Shown piece after piece: positions 40,027 to 48,972 of a stretch of 64,000 nt of DNA (position 1 is its first letter; each line of letters begins with the position of its first letter). Origin of the DNA: Chitinophaga pinensis (lineage in GTDB: Bacteria; Bacteroidota; Bacteroidia; Flavobacteriales; Flavobacteriaceae); the NCBI GenBank assembly GCA_945873505.1, contig CAMCDQ010000007.1, forward strand, positions 3,653-67,652, read 5' to 3'. The translations under genes were made by a program, and so were the position numbers. The notes beneath the pieces are model-generated. The model saw only the letters and a program-made list of their open reading frames with translations. It was not told the DNA's origin and did no database searches.

Positions 40027-41061
40027 CTATAAATTATGGCTGTTTTCAGGAACGTCGTCTTCCATATTTAGCATACTCCATAATTTGTCTTTCAACTCCG
40101 AAAGCCCTTGTTGCGCAACGGATGAAATGAACATATAGGGCGTTCCTGCGAAATCTTTATCCAACTGGGTTTTCAATTCTGATTTGAGTTCGTCGTCCAA
40201 CATATCGCATTTTGAAATCACAACAATGCGTTCTTTGTCCAACATTTCAGGGTTGTATTTTGTCAATTCATTTACCAAAATATCATATTCGTCTTTGATA
40301 TTTGGGGTGTCAACGGGAACTAAAAACAGCAAAGTAGAATTTCTTTCGATGTGTCGTAAAAAGTAATGACCAAGCCCTTTTCCTTCAGCGGCACCTTCGA
40401 TAATACCTGGAATATCGGCGATTACAAACGACTGAAAATCACGATACGCCACAATTCCAAGATTTGGTTTTAAGGTTGTAAACGGATAATCGGCAATTTT
40501 TGGTTTCGCAGAAGTCAAAACCGAAAGCAACGTCGATTTCCCAGCATTTGGAAAACCTACTAAACCAACATCGGCAAGGACTTTTAATTCCAAAATCATA
40601 TCCACTTCTGTCGAAGGCAAGCCGGGTTGAGAATATCTTGGCGTTTGATTGGTTGAACTTCTAAAATGCCAGTTTCCTAAACCGCCTTTTCCACCAAGAG
40701 CAATAATTCTGCGCTCTCCGTGTTCGGTAATTTCGAATAAAATTTCATTGGTTTCTTTGTCGCGAACTACTGTTCCTAAAGGCACTTCGATGAATTTATC
40801 ATCGCCATCGGCACCGGTACTTCTATCGCCACCGCCATCGCCACCGTGTCCTGCTTTTACGTGTCTTGCAAATTTTAGATGAAATAATGTCCAAAGACTT
40901 TTGTTTCCAACAAGATATACGTGTCCACCGCGACCACCATCACCACCGTCTGGACCACCTTTTTCAATAAATTTTTCTCTGTGTAAGTGCGTTGAACCTT
41001 TTCCGCCTTTTCCAGAGGAAACATATATTTTTACGTAATCTACGAAATTTCCTTCAGTCAT
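40027..41061 (-). CDS. obgE: GTPase ObgE/CgtA
   Basis: Gly-rich Obg fold ([12 protein letters not shown]), [22 protein letters not shown]. Confidence 0.97.
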   Translation of the reverse strand: MTEGNFVDYVKIYVSSGKGGKGSTHLHREKFIEKGGPDGGDGGRGGHVYLVGNKSLWTLFHLKFARHVKAGHGGDGGGDRSTGADGDDKFIEVPLGTVVRDKETNEILFEITEHGERRIIALGGKGGLGNWHFRSSTNQTPRYSQPGLPSTEVDMILELKVLADVGLVGFPNAGKSTLLSVLTSAKPKIADYPFTTLKPNLGIVAYRDFQSFVIADIPGIIEGAAEGKGLGHYFLRHIERNSTLLFLVPVDTPNIKDEYDILVNELTKYNPEMLDKERIVVISKCDMLDDELKSELKTQLDKDFAGTPYMFISSVAQQGLSELKDKLWSMLNMEDDVPENSHNL

Positions 41062-41065
41062 TTTT

Positions 41066-41142
41066 TTTAGTATTCAGTGTTCAGTGTTCCGTTTTTAGTA
41101 TTCAGTTATTTACTGAACACTAATAATTGCAAACTGAGCACT
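41066..41142. repeat. Heptamer tract followed by its inverted form
   Basis: tttagta ttcagtg ttcagtg ttccgtt tttagta ttcagtt, then actgaac actaata attgcaa actgagc. Confidence 0.65.
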
Positions 41143-41143
41143 A

Positions 41144-42415
41144 TTATTTTACGGTTTTCACCATCACTTTATCAATCCTCACGCCATCCATATCGATTAC
41201 TTCAAGCTCGTATTTCTGCCAAATTAATTTTTCTCCTTGCTTTGGAATTCGAGATAATTCGGTCATAATCAACCCGCTTACCGTGGTAACTTCATAGTCA
41301 TTTGTCAATTCGTCTAATTCAAAATAAGTTAGAAAATCGTGTAATGAATAATGTCCATCAACAAGCCAAGTCCCGTCTTCTCTTTCAATTAATTGATAAT
41401 CATCATTATTGAAATCCGAAGCATCGCCAACAAGTGCCTCCAAAATATCATTTAAAGTAATTATTCCTTGAAAAATTCCATATTCATCAGAAACAAAAGC
41501 ATAATGAACACCACTTTTTTTGAAATTTTCTAAAGCTTTATACGCCGATGTTTGCTCCATAATAAAAGGCGCATCGGTCAATATTTTTTCTAAATTGAAA
41601 GTCTCATTGTCTATATTTGAAAATATATTTTTCAGATTTACAACTCCAACAATGTCGTCATAATTTTCGCCATAAACAGGATATACAGAATGTAATTCCT
41701 TTAGCATAAATTCTTTAACTTGTTCTCTATTTGAAGCTAATGGCAAAAAAACCACCGATTGTCGGTGTGTCATTAATGAATTTACTTTTCGGTCTCCAAT
41801 ATGAAAAACACGTTCCACAATATCTTGCTCAATTTCCTGAACTTCTCCGCCTTCAGTACCTTCTTTTATGATTGCTTTGATTTCTTCCTCTGTAACTTTT
41901 CCGTCGGCAGAAGGTTTTAGCATTAATATTTTTAATAAAAATTCCGTTGAAATTGTAAGCAACCAAATGAATGGTGCGGTCGCAATTGAAATCATTTTCA
42001 TCGGAATAGCTACTGCTTTTGCTATTGCTTCAGGATGATTTAGTCCAATTCTTTTGGGTAATAATTCACCCAATACTAAAGAGAAAAAGGTCAAAACAAC
42101 CACTACAATACCAACAGCAATTGAATTGGCATAGGGTTTTAAAATGTCAAATCCAGTAATGAAAAGTTGAACATCATCTGTGATTTTTGCGCCACTAAAA
42201 ATACCGGTCAAAATTCCGATTAAAGTAATTCCAATTTGAATCGTTGAAAGAAATTTGTTAGGAGAATTGGATAAATCAAGGGCTGCTTGTGCACTTTGAT
42301 TTCCTTTTTTTGCAGCACTTTCCAACCGGTTTTTTCTTGCCGAAATCAAAGCGATTTCTGACATTGAAAAAATACCGTTAAGTAAAATTAAAAAAAGTAT
42401 TATTAGTATTTCCAA
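41144..42415 (-). CDS. CNNM/CorC-HlyC (hemolysin family) membrane protein
   Basis: FSMSEIAL, TIQIGITL, GELLPK, CBS pair, DEYG, CorC_HlyC C-terminal domain. Confidence 0.92.
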   Translation of the reverse strand: MEILIILFLILLNGIFSMSEIALISARKNRLESAAKKGNQSAQAALDLSNSPNKFLSTIQIGITLIGILTGIFSGAKITDDVQLFITGFDILKPYANSIAVGIVVVVLTFFSLVLGELLPKRIGLNHPEAIAKAVAIPMKMISIATAPFIWLLTISTEFLLKILMLKPSADGKVTEEEIKAIIKEGTEGGEVQEIEQDIVERVFHIGDRKVNSLMTHRQSVVFLPLASNREQVKEFMLKELHSVYPVYGENYDDIVGVVNLKNIFSNIDNETFNLEKILTDAPFIMEQTSAYKALENFKKSGVHYAFVSDEYGIFQGIITLNDILEALVGDASDFNNDDYQLIEREDGTWLVDGHYSLHDFLTYFELDELTNDYEVTTVSGLIMTELSRIPKQGEKLIWQKYELEVIDMDGVRIDKVMVKTVK

Positions 42416-42451
42416 TTTGTATTTATTTGGTTTTTAATTTTTTAAATGAAA

Positions 42452-43024
42452 TTACAAACGTTCAATTACAGCGCTCAATCTTTCTGTAATTTCCTGAATA
42501 GAACCAATTCCATTCACAGGATAAAACTTGTTTTGATTGCTATAATATTCCATCAAAGGAGCCGTTTTTTCATTGTATTCTTGGTAACGGTTTCTAATTT
42601 TTTCTTCATCTTGATCGTCAACTCTTCCGCTTGTTTTTCCTCTTTCTAATAACCGTTGAATTAGAATTTCATCATTTGCTTCCAATGCAATTGTAGCGGT
42701 AACTTCCCATTTTTTTGTTGCTAAAAAAGTATCCAATGCTTTCGCTTGAGCCAAAGTTCTTGGAAAACCATCAAATAGAAATCCTTTTGTATCCGGATTT
42801 TTCTCAACCGTATCTTGCAACATTTTTATGGTTACTTCGTCAGGAACCAAATCCCCTTTGTCCATATAGCTTTTCGCTAATTTTCCTAAATCTGTATTGT
42901 TTTGAATATTGTATCTAAAAATATCACCAGTTGAAAGATGAGTTAAATAGTATTTTTCTTTTAAAAATTCTGCTTGAGTTCCTTTTCCAGCACCTGGCTT
43001 TCCAAATAAGACAATGTTAATCAT
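42452..43024 (-). CDS. adk: Adenylate kinase
   Basis: GKPGAGKGTQ, HLSTGD, GDLVPD, FDGFPR. Confidence 0.97.
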   Translation of the reverse strand: MINIVLFGKPGAGKGTQAEFLKEKYYLTHLSTGDIFRYNIQNNTDLGKLAKSYMDKGDLVPDEVTIKMLQDTVEKNPDTKGFLFDGFPRTLAQAKALDTFLATKKWEVTATIALEANDEILIQRLLERGKTSGRVDDQDEEKIRNRYQEYNEKTAPLMEYYSNQNKFYPVNGIGSIQEITERLSAVIERL

Positions 43025-43057
43025 GATGTAAATGTGTGTTGTAGTTGTAGTTATTTA

Positions 43058-43585
43058 TTATTTTAATTGATATACTTCAGGTAAATTTCTTCCTAATCCG
43101 TTGTAATCTAAACCAAATCCAACGATGAATTTATTTGGAATTCGAATGCCTATATAATCTATTTTCACTTCTTTTTTATAGGCTTCAGGCTTGAAAAATA
43201 AAGTGGCTATTTTGAAATGTTTTACGTTTTGTTTTTTGAATAATTCTTTCAATTCTAAAACTGTATTTCCGGTATCAACGATGTCTTCAATTATAATTAC
43301 GGTTCTTCCAGTTAAGTCTTGATTTAGACCGATCAATTGTTTTACTTCATTAGTTGGAGAAGTCCCTTCATATGATGCTAATTTTATAAAACTCACTTCA
43401 CATGGTTTTTTATAGTGTTTCATAAAATCTGAAACTACCATAAAGGCACCATTTAAAACCCCTACAAATACAGGAATTTCATCAGCAAAATCAGCTTCAA
43501 CTTGTGAGGCCATTGTTGCTATTGCAAAATCTATTTCTTGTGCAGAAATAAAGGGTACAAAATGTTTGTCGTGTAATTGTATCAA
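43058..43585 (-). CDS. hpt: Hypoxanthine phosphoribosyltransferase
   Basis: VLNGAF, IIEDIVDTG PRPP motif, FIVGFGLDY. Confidence 0.93.
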   Translation of the reverse strand: MIQLHDKHFVPFISAQEIDFAIATMASQVEADFADEIPVFVGVLNGAFMVVSDFMKHYKKPCEVSFIKLASYEGTSPTNEVKQLIGLNQDLTGRTVIIIEDIVDTGNTVLELKELFKKQNVKHFKIATLFFKPEAYKKEVKIDYIGIRIPNKFIVGFGLDYNGLGRNLPEVYQLK

Positions 43586-43776
43586 TTTTAGAATTTTTAT
43601 AAGCTACAAAGATATAGAATTCCCATTTTACAAATGATATTGGAACTGTATATTTATTTATCTAATTAATAATCACTTATAAATGATATTTAATTAGTAA
43701 TTTTTTTCATTTACTTTAAATTTATATTAAACTAATTAGTATTTTTGGAGTCAAATTGGTAACATAAATTGTTTTT

Positions 43777-45423
43777 ATGGCTTCATTAGACCAAAATATC
43801 CTTGTTTTAGGACAAAAGAATGCAAAACATTTATTAAGACGATCTTCTTTTGTTTATACCAAATCATTAATTGATCAATACGCACTTTTAACACCAAATC
43901 AGGCGTTAAACTTGCTATTAACGACAATTCCAATATCGGTTCAATTCCCTTATGACCCAATTCCAACAACTGCGCCTGACGGATTTTGGACAGAATCATC
44001 TGCTTCTGCAACTTCTTTTACTGGTCAAGCAAGAAAAGGAGTTATTGTAGGTGGATGGTGGTGGTATAATGCCATAAACAGCCCGAATTTAAAATACAAA
44101 ATGTCTCATTTTTTGTCAACTTGTTTTACCGTGGAAACAAGTAGTAGTGGAACACCTACAGAATTCTACGATTATATTCGCTTACTTCTTTTTTATTCCT
44201 ATGGAAATTACAAAACCTTGGCAAAAAAAATTACACTTAACAATTCGATGTTAACGTATTTAAACAATACATCGAATTCTAAAACAGCTCCGAATGAAAA
44301 TTATGCCAGAGAGTTTTTAGAATTATTTACCATTGGTAAAGGGCCTCAAATTGGTGTTGGCGATTATACAAATTACACCGAAGCTGATATCGTTCAAGCG
44401 GCCCGAGTTTTAACAGGTTTTAAAAGGGTTTCTGCTAGAAATGTTATTGATTCTGATACGATGATACCAAAAGGATACAACCAATTTTCTACCCATCATA
44501 CAAGTCCAAAAACATTTAGTAGTGCATTTAATAATACAGTAATTACAGCAGCTACCACTGATGTTGGGATGGATACAGAATTAAATAATTTTGTAAACAT
44601 GGTTTTTAACCAACAAGCTACCGCAAAAAATATTTGTCGCAAAATGTACATCTATTTTGTGAAAGGAACTATTTCTGCTGAAGTTGAAGCGGACATTATC
44701 ACGCCTCTAGCGCAAGATTTTTATACTAATGGATATGAAATTGCCCCAATAATCAGAAAATTGTTAGAAAGTAAACATTTTTATGATTTGGATGATTCTG
44801 ATGCTACAAATGAAACTATTGGTGGAATTATTAAATCGCCATTACAGCAAATTTCAGAAGTTTGTACCTATTTACAAGCTACGATTTCAAATCCAAATAC
44901 AGATCAATACAATTACTATTATAAATTTTGGAATCTTTTTGCCAATAATAGTTTTCTTACTGGGGCCAATATGATTTTGTTTGATCCAGAAAATGTTGCA
45001 GGGCATCCGGCCTATTATCAGGCACCAAGTTTTGATAAAAGTTGGATATCCGCTTCAACTCTAATCGCCAGATACCGTCTTGGCGAATCGTTACTAGATG
45101 GTAAAAATAGAATTAGTGGAAACGCAACAATAATAACTCAAATTAATATTTCGACAGTTATAAAAACTTCCAATATTATTTCTGTAGCAAATGACCCCTA
45201 CATTCTTACTTCGGAATTGTGCAATGCTTTATTTGCTCAAAATCCAGACACTAGTAGGGTAAATCATTTTATGAATTCGTTTTTATTACAAGGATATGCC
45301 AATTACTACTGGACAAATGTTTGGAATGAGTATCTAACTACCGGGGTTAATACCGTAGTAGAATCTAGATTAAAATCATTGGTAACAAATATTTTGAGAG
45401 CGCCTGAATCTCAAATGTTTTAA
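43777..45423 (+). CDS. DUF1800 family protein
   Basis: HLLRR, PNENYAREFLELFTIG, DIVQAARVLTG, IIKSP; no signal peptide. Confidence 0.85.
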   Translation: MASLDQNILVLGQKNAKHLLRRSSFVYTKSLIDQYALLTPNQALNLLLTTIPISVQFPYDPIPTTAPDGFWTESSASATSFTGQARKGVIVGGWWWYNAINSPNLKYKMSHFLSTCFTVETSSSGTPTEFYDYIRLLLFYSYGNYKTLAKKITLNNSMLTYLNNTSNSKTAPNENYAREFLELFTIGKGPQIGVGDYTNYTEADIVQAARVLTGFKRVSARNVIDSDTMIPKGYNQFSTHHTSPKTFSSAFNNTVITAATTDVGMDTELNNFVNMVFNQQATAKNICRKMYIYFVKGTISAEVEADIITPLAQDFYTNGYEIAPIIRKLLESKHFYDLDDSDATNETIGGIIKSPLQQISEVCTYLQATISNPNTDQYNYYYKFWNLFANNSFLTGANMILFDPENVAGHPAYYQAPSFDKSWISASTLIARYRLGESLLDGKNRISGNATIITQINISTVIKTSNIISVANDPYILTSELCNALFAQNPDTSRVNHFMNSFLLQGYANYYWTNVWNEYLTTGVNTVVESRLKSLVTNILRAPESQMF

Positions 45424-45434
45424 TACTGTACAAT

Positions 45435-47081
45435 ATGAAAAGAAGAAATTTTATCCAACTTACCGCTTCCGCAAGTGCATTGTCTCTTTTGCCAACAGAA
45501 GTTTTTGCGCTTTTTAAATCGGCGGGAATGACAACTTGCCCGAATGTAAATGCTAAAAAAATTGTACTTATTCAATTGTCTGGTGCAAATGACGGATTAA
45601 ATACTTTGATTCCTTTAAATCAATATGATACGTATGCTTCATTACGGCCCAATATAAAATTAAACAATGTAGGTGGCGCCAACGGCATTATTAACTTAGA
45701 TTCTACTTTGCCCTTCGCAAATCAAGTTGGTCTTCATCCATCCTTAATAGGTTTTAAAAGTTTATATGATAGTGGATTTATGCGAGTTATTCAAGGTGTT
45801 GGTTATCCTTCACAAGATAAATCACACTTCAAATCTACCGATTTATGGTTGACAGGTGGAGATGGAACTCAAGCAAATAACACTCTTGAAAGCGGTTGGA
45901 TAGGTCGTTTTTTAGAGAGTTATTATTCCAATTTTTTAACAGCCAATTTTCCTCTTGGTATTCAATTAGGAAGTAGCGATAATTCTTTGGGTTTTCATGG
46001 TGAAGTGGAACACGGAATGTCAATTAACGTAAATGGTCAAGATCCATCAGGGTTTTATTCTGTTATAAATGGACTTGGAGGTGCACCACCAACAAATATT
46101 CCCAACTCAGAATATGGAAATCTAATACAATTTATTTTAGATAATGATAGCGAGACCAATATTTATGCCCAAGCTATTTCTACAGCTTTTAATGGTGGCA
46201 CAAATTCTACAGCTGTAACCTATCCATCAACAAGTTTAGCAAATCAATTAAAAACCGTTGCCAAATTTATTTCTGGTGGTTTACAAACAAAGGTCTATTT
46301 AGTAAAAATAGGAGGTTTTGACACCCATGATGTTCAAGTTGCCTCAAGTGCAACTACTCATTTAGGAACGCACGCCAATCTGTTGACACAAGTTTCAGAA
46401 GCTATAAAATGTTTTATAACCGATTTAAATAATCAAAATTTAGGCGACGATGTAATTGCAGTTCCGTTTTCAGAATTTGGAAGAAAAGCGGGTGAAAACG
46501 GAAATTTAGGAACCGATCACGGAGAAATTGCACCAATGTTTGTTTTTGGAAAATCTATAAATCAAGGTGTTTCGGGAACAAATATTAATCTTTCAGAAGC
46601 AGTTTTATTAAATAATTTTCAAGTGCAAACCGTACAACACGATTACCGTCGCGTTTTTAGTACGATTCTCCAAGATTGGTTCGGAACAAGCAATCAAACG
46701 CTCGACTTAACATTTTATAATAATACAACCAATTCGGGCTTCGCCAATAACAAAGTTAGCAATCTGATTAAGTCCGTAAATACTGTTCCTCCAAGTTGTT
46801 ATACAAATGCATTATTGTCAACGAATGATTTTACGACTAGTTATGATATTGTAGTTTATCCAAATCCCACTGCCGAAACTATAAATATTAACTCAATTAA
46901 CAATTCTATAAATGTAGTTTCTGTGTATTCTATAGACGGTAAATTAGTCGCAACTTATAGAAATCCATTGACTTCAGATAGTTATTCTATAGACGTTCAA
47001 AATTTAGCAACTGGAATTTATACCTTAAAAGTAGAGACCAATAATGGTAGTTTTACCAAGAAAATAATCGTCCGTAGATAA
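45435..47081 (+). CDS. DUF1501 family protein with Tat signal and T9SS type A CTD
   Basis: MKRRNFIQ; QLSGANDGLN, SHFKS, GGFDTH, SEFGR, GTDHG; C-terminal VYPNP...GIYTLKV...KKIIVRR. Confidence 0.87.
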   Translation: MKRRNFIQLTASASALSLLPTEVFALFKSAGMTTCPNVNAKKIVLIQLSGANDGLNTLIPLNQYDTYASLRPNIKLNNVGGANGIINLDSTLPFANQVGLHPSLIGFKSLYDSGFMRVIQGVGYPSQDKSHFKSTDLWLTGGDGTQANNTLESGWIGRFLESYYSNFLTANFPLGIQLGSSDNSLGFHGEVEHGMSINVNGQDPSGFYSVINGLGGAPPTNIPNSEYGNLIQFILDNDSETNIYAQAISTAFNGGTNSTAVTYPSTSLANQLKTVAKFISGGLQTKVYLVKIGGFDTHDVQVASSATTHLGTHANLLTQVSEAIKCFITDLNNQNLGDDVIAVPFSEFGRKAGENGNLGTDHGEIAPMFVFGKSINQGVSGTNINLSEAVLLNNFQVQTVQHDYRRVFSTILQDWFGTSNQTLDLTFYNNTTNSGFANNKVSNLIKSVNTVPPSCYTNALLSTNDFTTSYDIVVYPNPTAETININSINNSINVVSVYSIDGKLVATYRNPLTSDSYSIDVQNLATGIYTLKVETNNGSFTKKIIVRR

Positions 47082-47144
47082 TTTTAAATAACGTATCTTT
47101 TTATTTTTACTCATTTAAAGTATCTTTGTGAAAATATATTTTAA

Positions 47145-48296
47145 ATGAATTATTTTTCTTCCGATTTTAAATTAGGAATCCTCGGTGGAGGGCAACTCGG
47201 TAAAATGATGTTGTTTGACACTCGAAAATTCGACATTCAAACCTACGTTCTTGATCCAAGTGATGAAGCGCCTTGTAAAATTGCTTGCAATAAATTTTTT
47301 CAAGGAAATTTAATGGATTTTGAAACCGTTTATAATTTCGGAAAACAAGTCGATGTTTTAACTTTCGAAATAGAATTAGTTAATCTTGACGCTTTAGAAA
47401 AATTAGAAAGCGAAGGAATCAAAGTTTTTCCAACACCAAAAACCTTGAGATTGATACAGAATAAAGGCATTCAAAAAGATTTTTATTCTCAAAATAATAT
47501 TCCAACTGCTCCCTATCAAAGATTTGAAAATTTAGATGCGTTAATTTCGGATATTCAAAATCTAAAATTACCTTTCGTATGGAAATGCACCGAATTTGGA
47601 TATGACGGAACTGGCGTAAAAATAATCCGAACTCTTTCAGATTTAGATAATTTGCCTAACGTAGAATGTATTTCAGAAGAAATGATTCCGTTCAAAAATG
47701 AATTAGCGGTAATTGTTTGCCGAAATCCATCGGGCGAAATCAAAACGTATCCCGTCGTGGAAATGGAATTTCATCCCGAAGCAAACCAAGTGGAATATGT
47801 AATTTGCCCTGCGCGAATTGACGACAAAGTTGCCGAAAAAGCCAGAGCTATTGCGCTGAATGTTTCCGAAAAGTTCCATCACGTGGGACTTTTAGCAGTT
47901 GAAATGTTTCAAACCAAAAACGACGAAATCATTGTAAACGAAGTTGCCCCGCGTCCGCACAATTCTGGACATCACACCATAGAAGCAAGTTACACATCGC
48001 AATTTGAAAACCATTTACGTGCCATTCTTAACTTACCTTTGGGAAATACCGATAGCAAAGTTGCGGGAATTATGGTAAATTTGGTTGGCGAAGAAGGTTT
48101 TTCAGGAGATGTAATATATGAAAACATAGAAACGATTTTGGGTTGGAATGGCGTAACGCCTCATATTTACGGTAAAAAACAAACGCGTCCTTTTCGAAAA
48201 ATGGGACACGTAACCATCGTAAACCAAGACATCAAAATAGCTAGAAAAATTGCCGAAGATGTAAAAAACACGATAAGAGTTATAAGTAATAAATAA
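47145..48296 (+). CDS. purK: N5-carboxyaminoimidazole ribonucleotide synthase
   Basis: GILGGGQLG, GYDGTG, NEVAPRPHNSGH, RKMGHV. Confidence 0.96.
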   Translation: MNYFSSDFKLGILGGGQLGKMMLFDTRKFDIQTYVLDPSDEAPCKIACNKFFQGNLMDFETVYNFGKQVDVLTFEIELVNLDALEKLESEGIKVFPTPKTLRLIQNKGIQKDFYSQNNIPTAPYQRFENLDALISDIQNLKLPFVWKCTEFGYDGTGVKIIRTLSDLDNLPNVECISEEMIPFKNELAVIVCRNPSGEIKTYPVVEMEFHPEANQVEYVICPARIDDKVAEKARAIALNVSEKFHHVGLLAVEMFQTKNDEIIVNEVAPRPHNSGHHTIEASYTSQFENHLRAILNLPLGNTDSKVAGIMVNLVGEEGFSGDVIYENIETILGWNGVTPHIYGKKQTRPFRKMGHVTIVNQDIKIARKIAEDVKNTIRVISNK

Positions 48297-48300
48297 TCAA

Positions 48301-48358
48301 ACACAAATTTCACAAATTAGCACAGATTTAATTTGTGTAAATAAGTGAAATTAGTGTT
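48301..48358. repeat. 9-10-mer tract plus inverted counterpart
   Basis: cacaaattt cacaaattag cacagattt, then aatttgtgt aaataagtg aaattagtg. Confidence 0.55.
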
Positions 48359-48373
48359 AAAATAAAAAATAAA

Positions 48374-48856
48374 ATGAAAGTAGCCGTAATAATGGGAAGC
48401 ATTTCCGACATGCCAATAATGCAAGAAGCCATCGACATCCTAAATGGTTTTGACATAGAAACCGAAGTCGATATCGTTTCTGCACATAGAACGCCCGAAA
48501 AACTATTCGATTTTAGCAAAAATGCTCACACTCGTGGTATTTCGGTTATCATTGCGGGTGCTGGTGGCGCTGCTCATTTGCCTGGAATGGTCGCCTCCAT
48601 GTCGCCACTTCCCGTAATCGGAGTGCCAATAAAATCGAGTAACTCTATTGACGGCTGGGATAGTGTCTTATCCATTTTACAAATGCCAGGTGGCGTTCCC
48701 GTTGCAACTGTAGCTTTAAACGGAGCCAAAAATGCAGGGATTCTTGCCGCACAAATCATTGGAACATCAGACAAATGCGTCCTGGATAAAATCATCCTTT
48801 ACAAAGAAGGATTGAAAGACGCTGTGAATAAATCATCTGAAAATTTAAAAAAATAA
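48374..48856 (+). CDS. purE: N5-CAIR mutase
   Basis: MGSISD, SAHRTP, GAGGAAHLPG, MPGGVPVATV. Confidence 0.97.
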   Translation: MKVAVIMGSISDMPIMQEAIDILNGFDIETEVDIVSAHRTPEKLFDFSKNAHTRGISVIIAGAGGAAHLPGMVASMSPLPVIGVPIKSSNSIDGWDSVLSILQMPGGVPVATVALNGAKNAGILAAQIIGTSDKCVLDKIILYKEGLKDAVNKSSENLKK

Positions 48857-48881
48857 TTTCAAAATCATCCTGTATTCTTTC

Positions 48882-48962
48882 AGGAGCTAATTCCCGCTAT
48901 TCGTTATAATCTTTTTGGGCTGAACCCCAGCCCAAAAAGGATTTTCACTTCTATCGGGGCTA
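48882..48962 (+). repeat. Flavo-1-like structured dispersed repeat, copy C
   Basis: ggagct..cccgctattcgttataatc-[tttttgggctg/cagcccaaaaa 11-bp hairpin]-ggattttcacttctatcggggct. Confidence 0.65.
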
Positions 48963-48972
48963 AAAAAACCCA

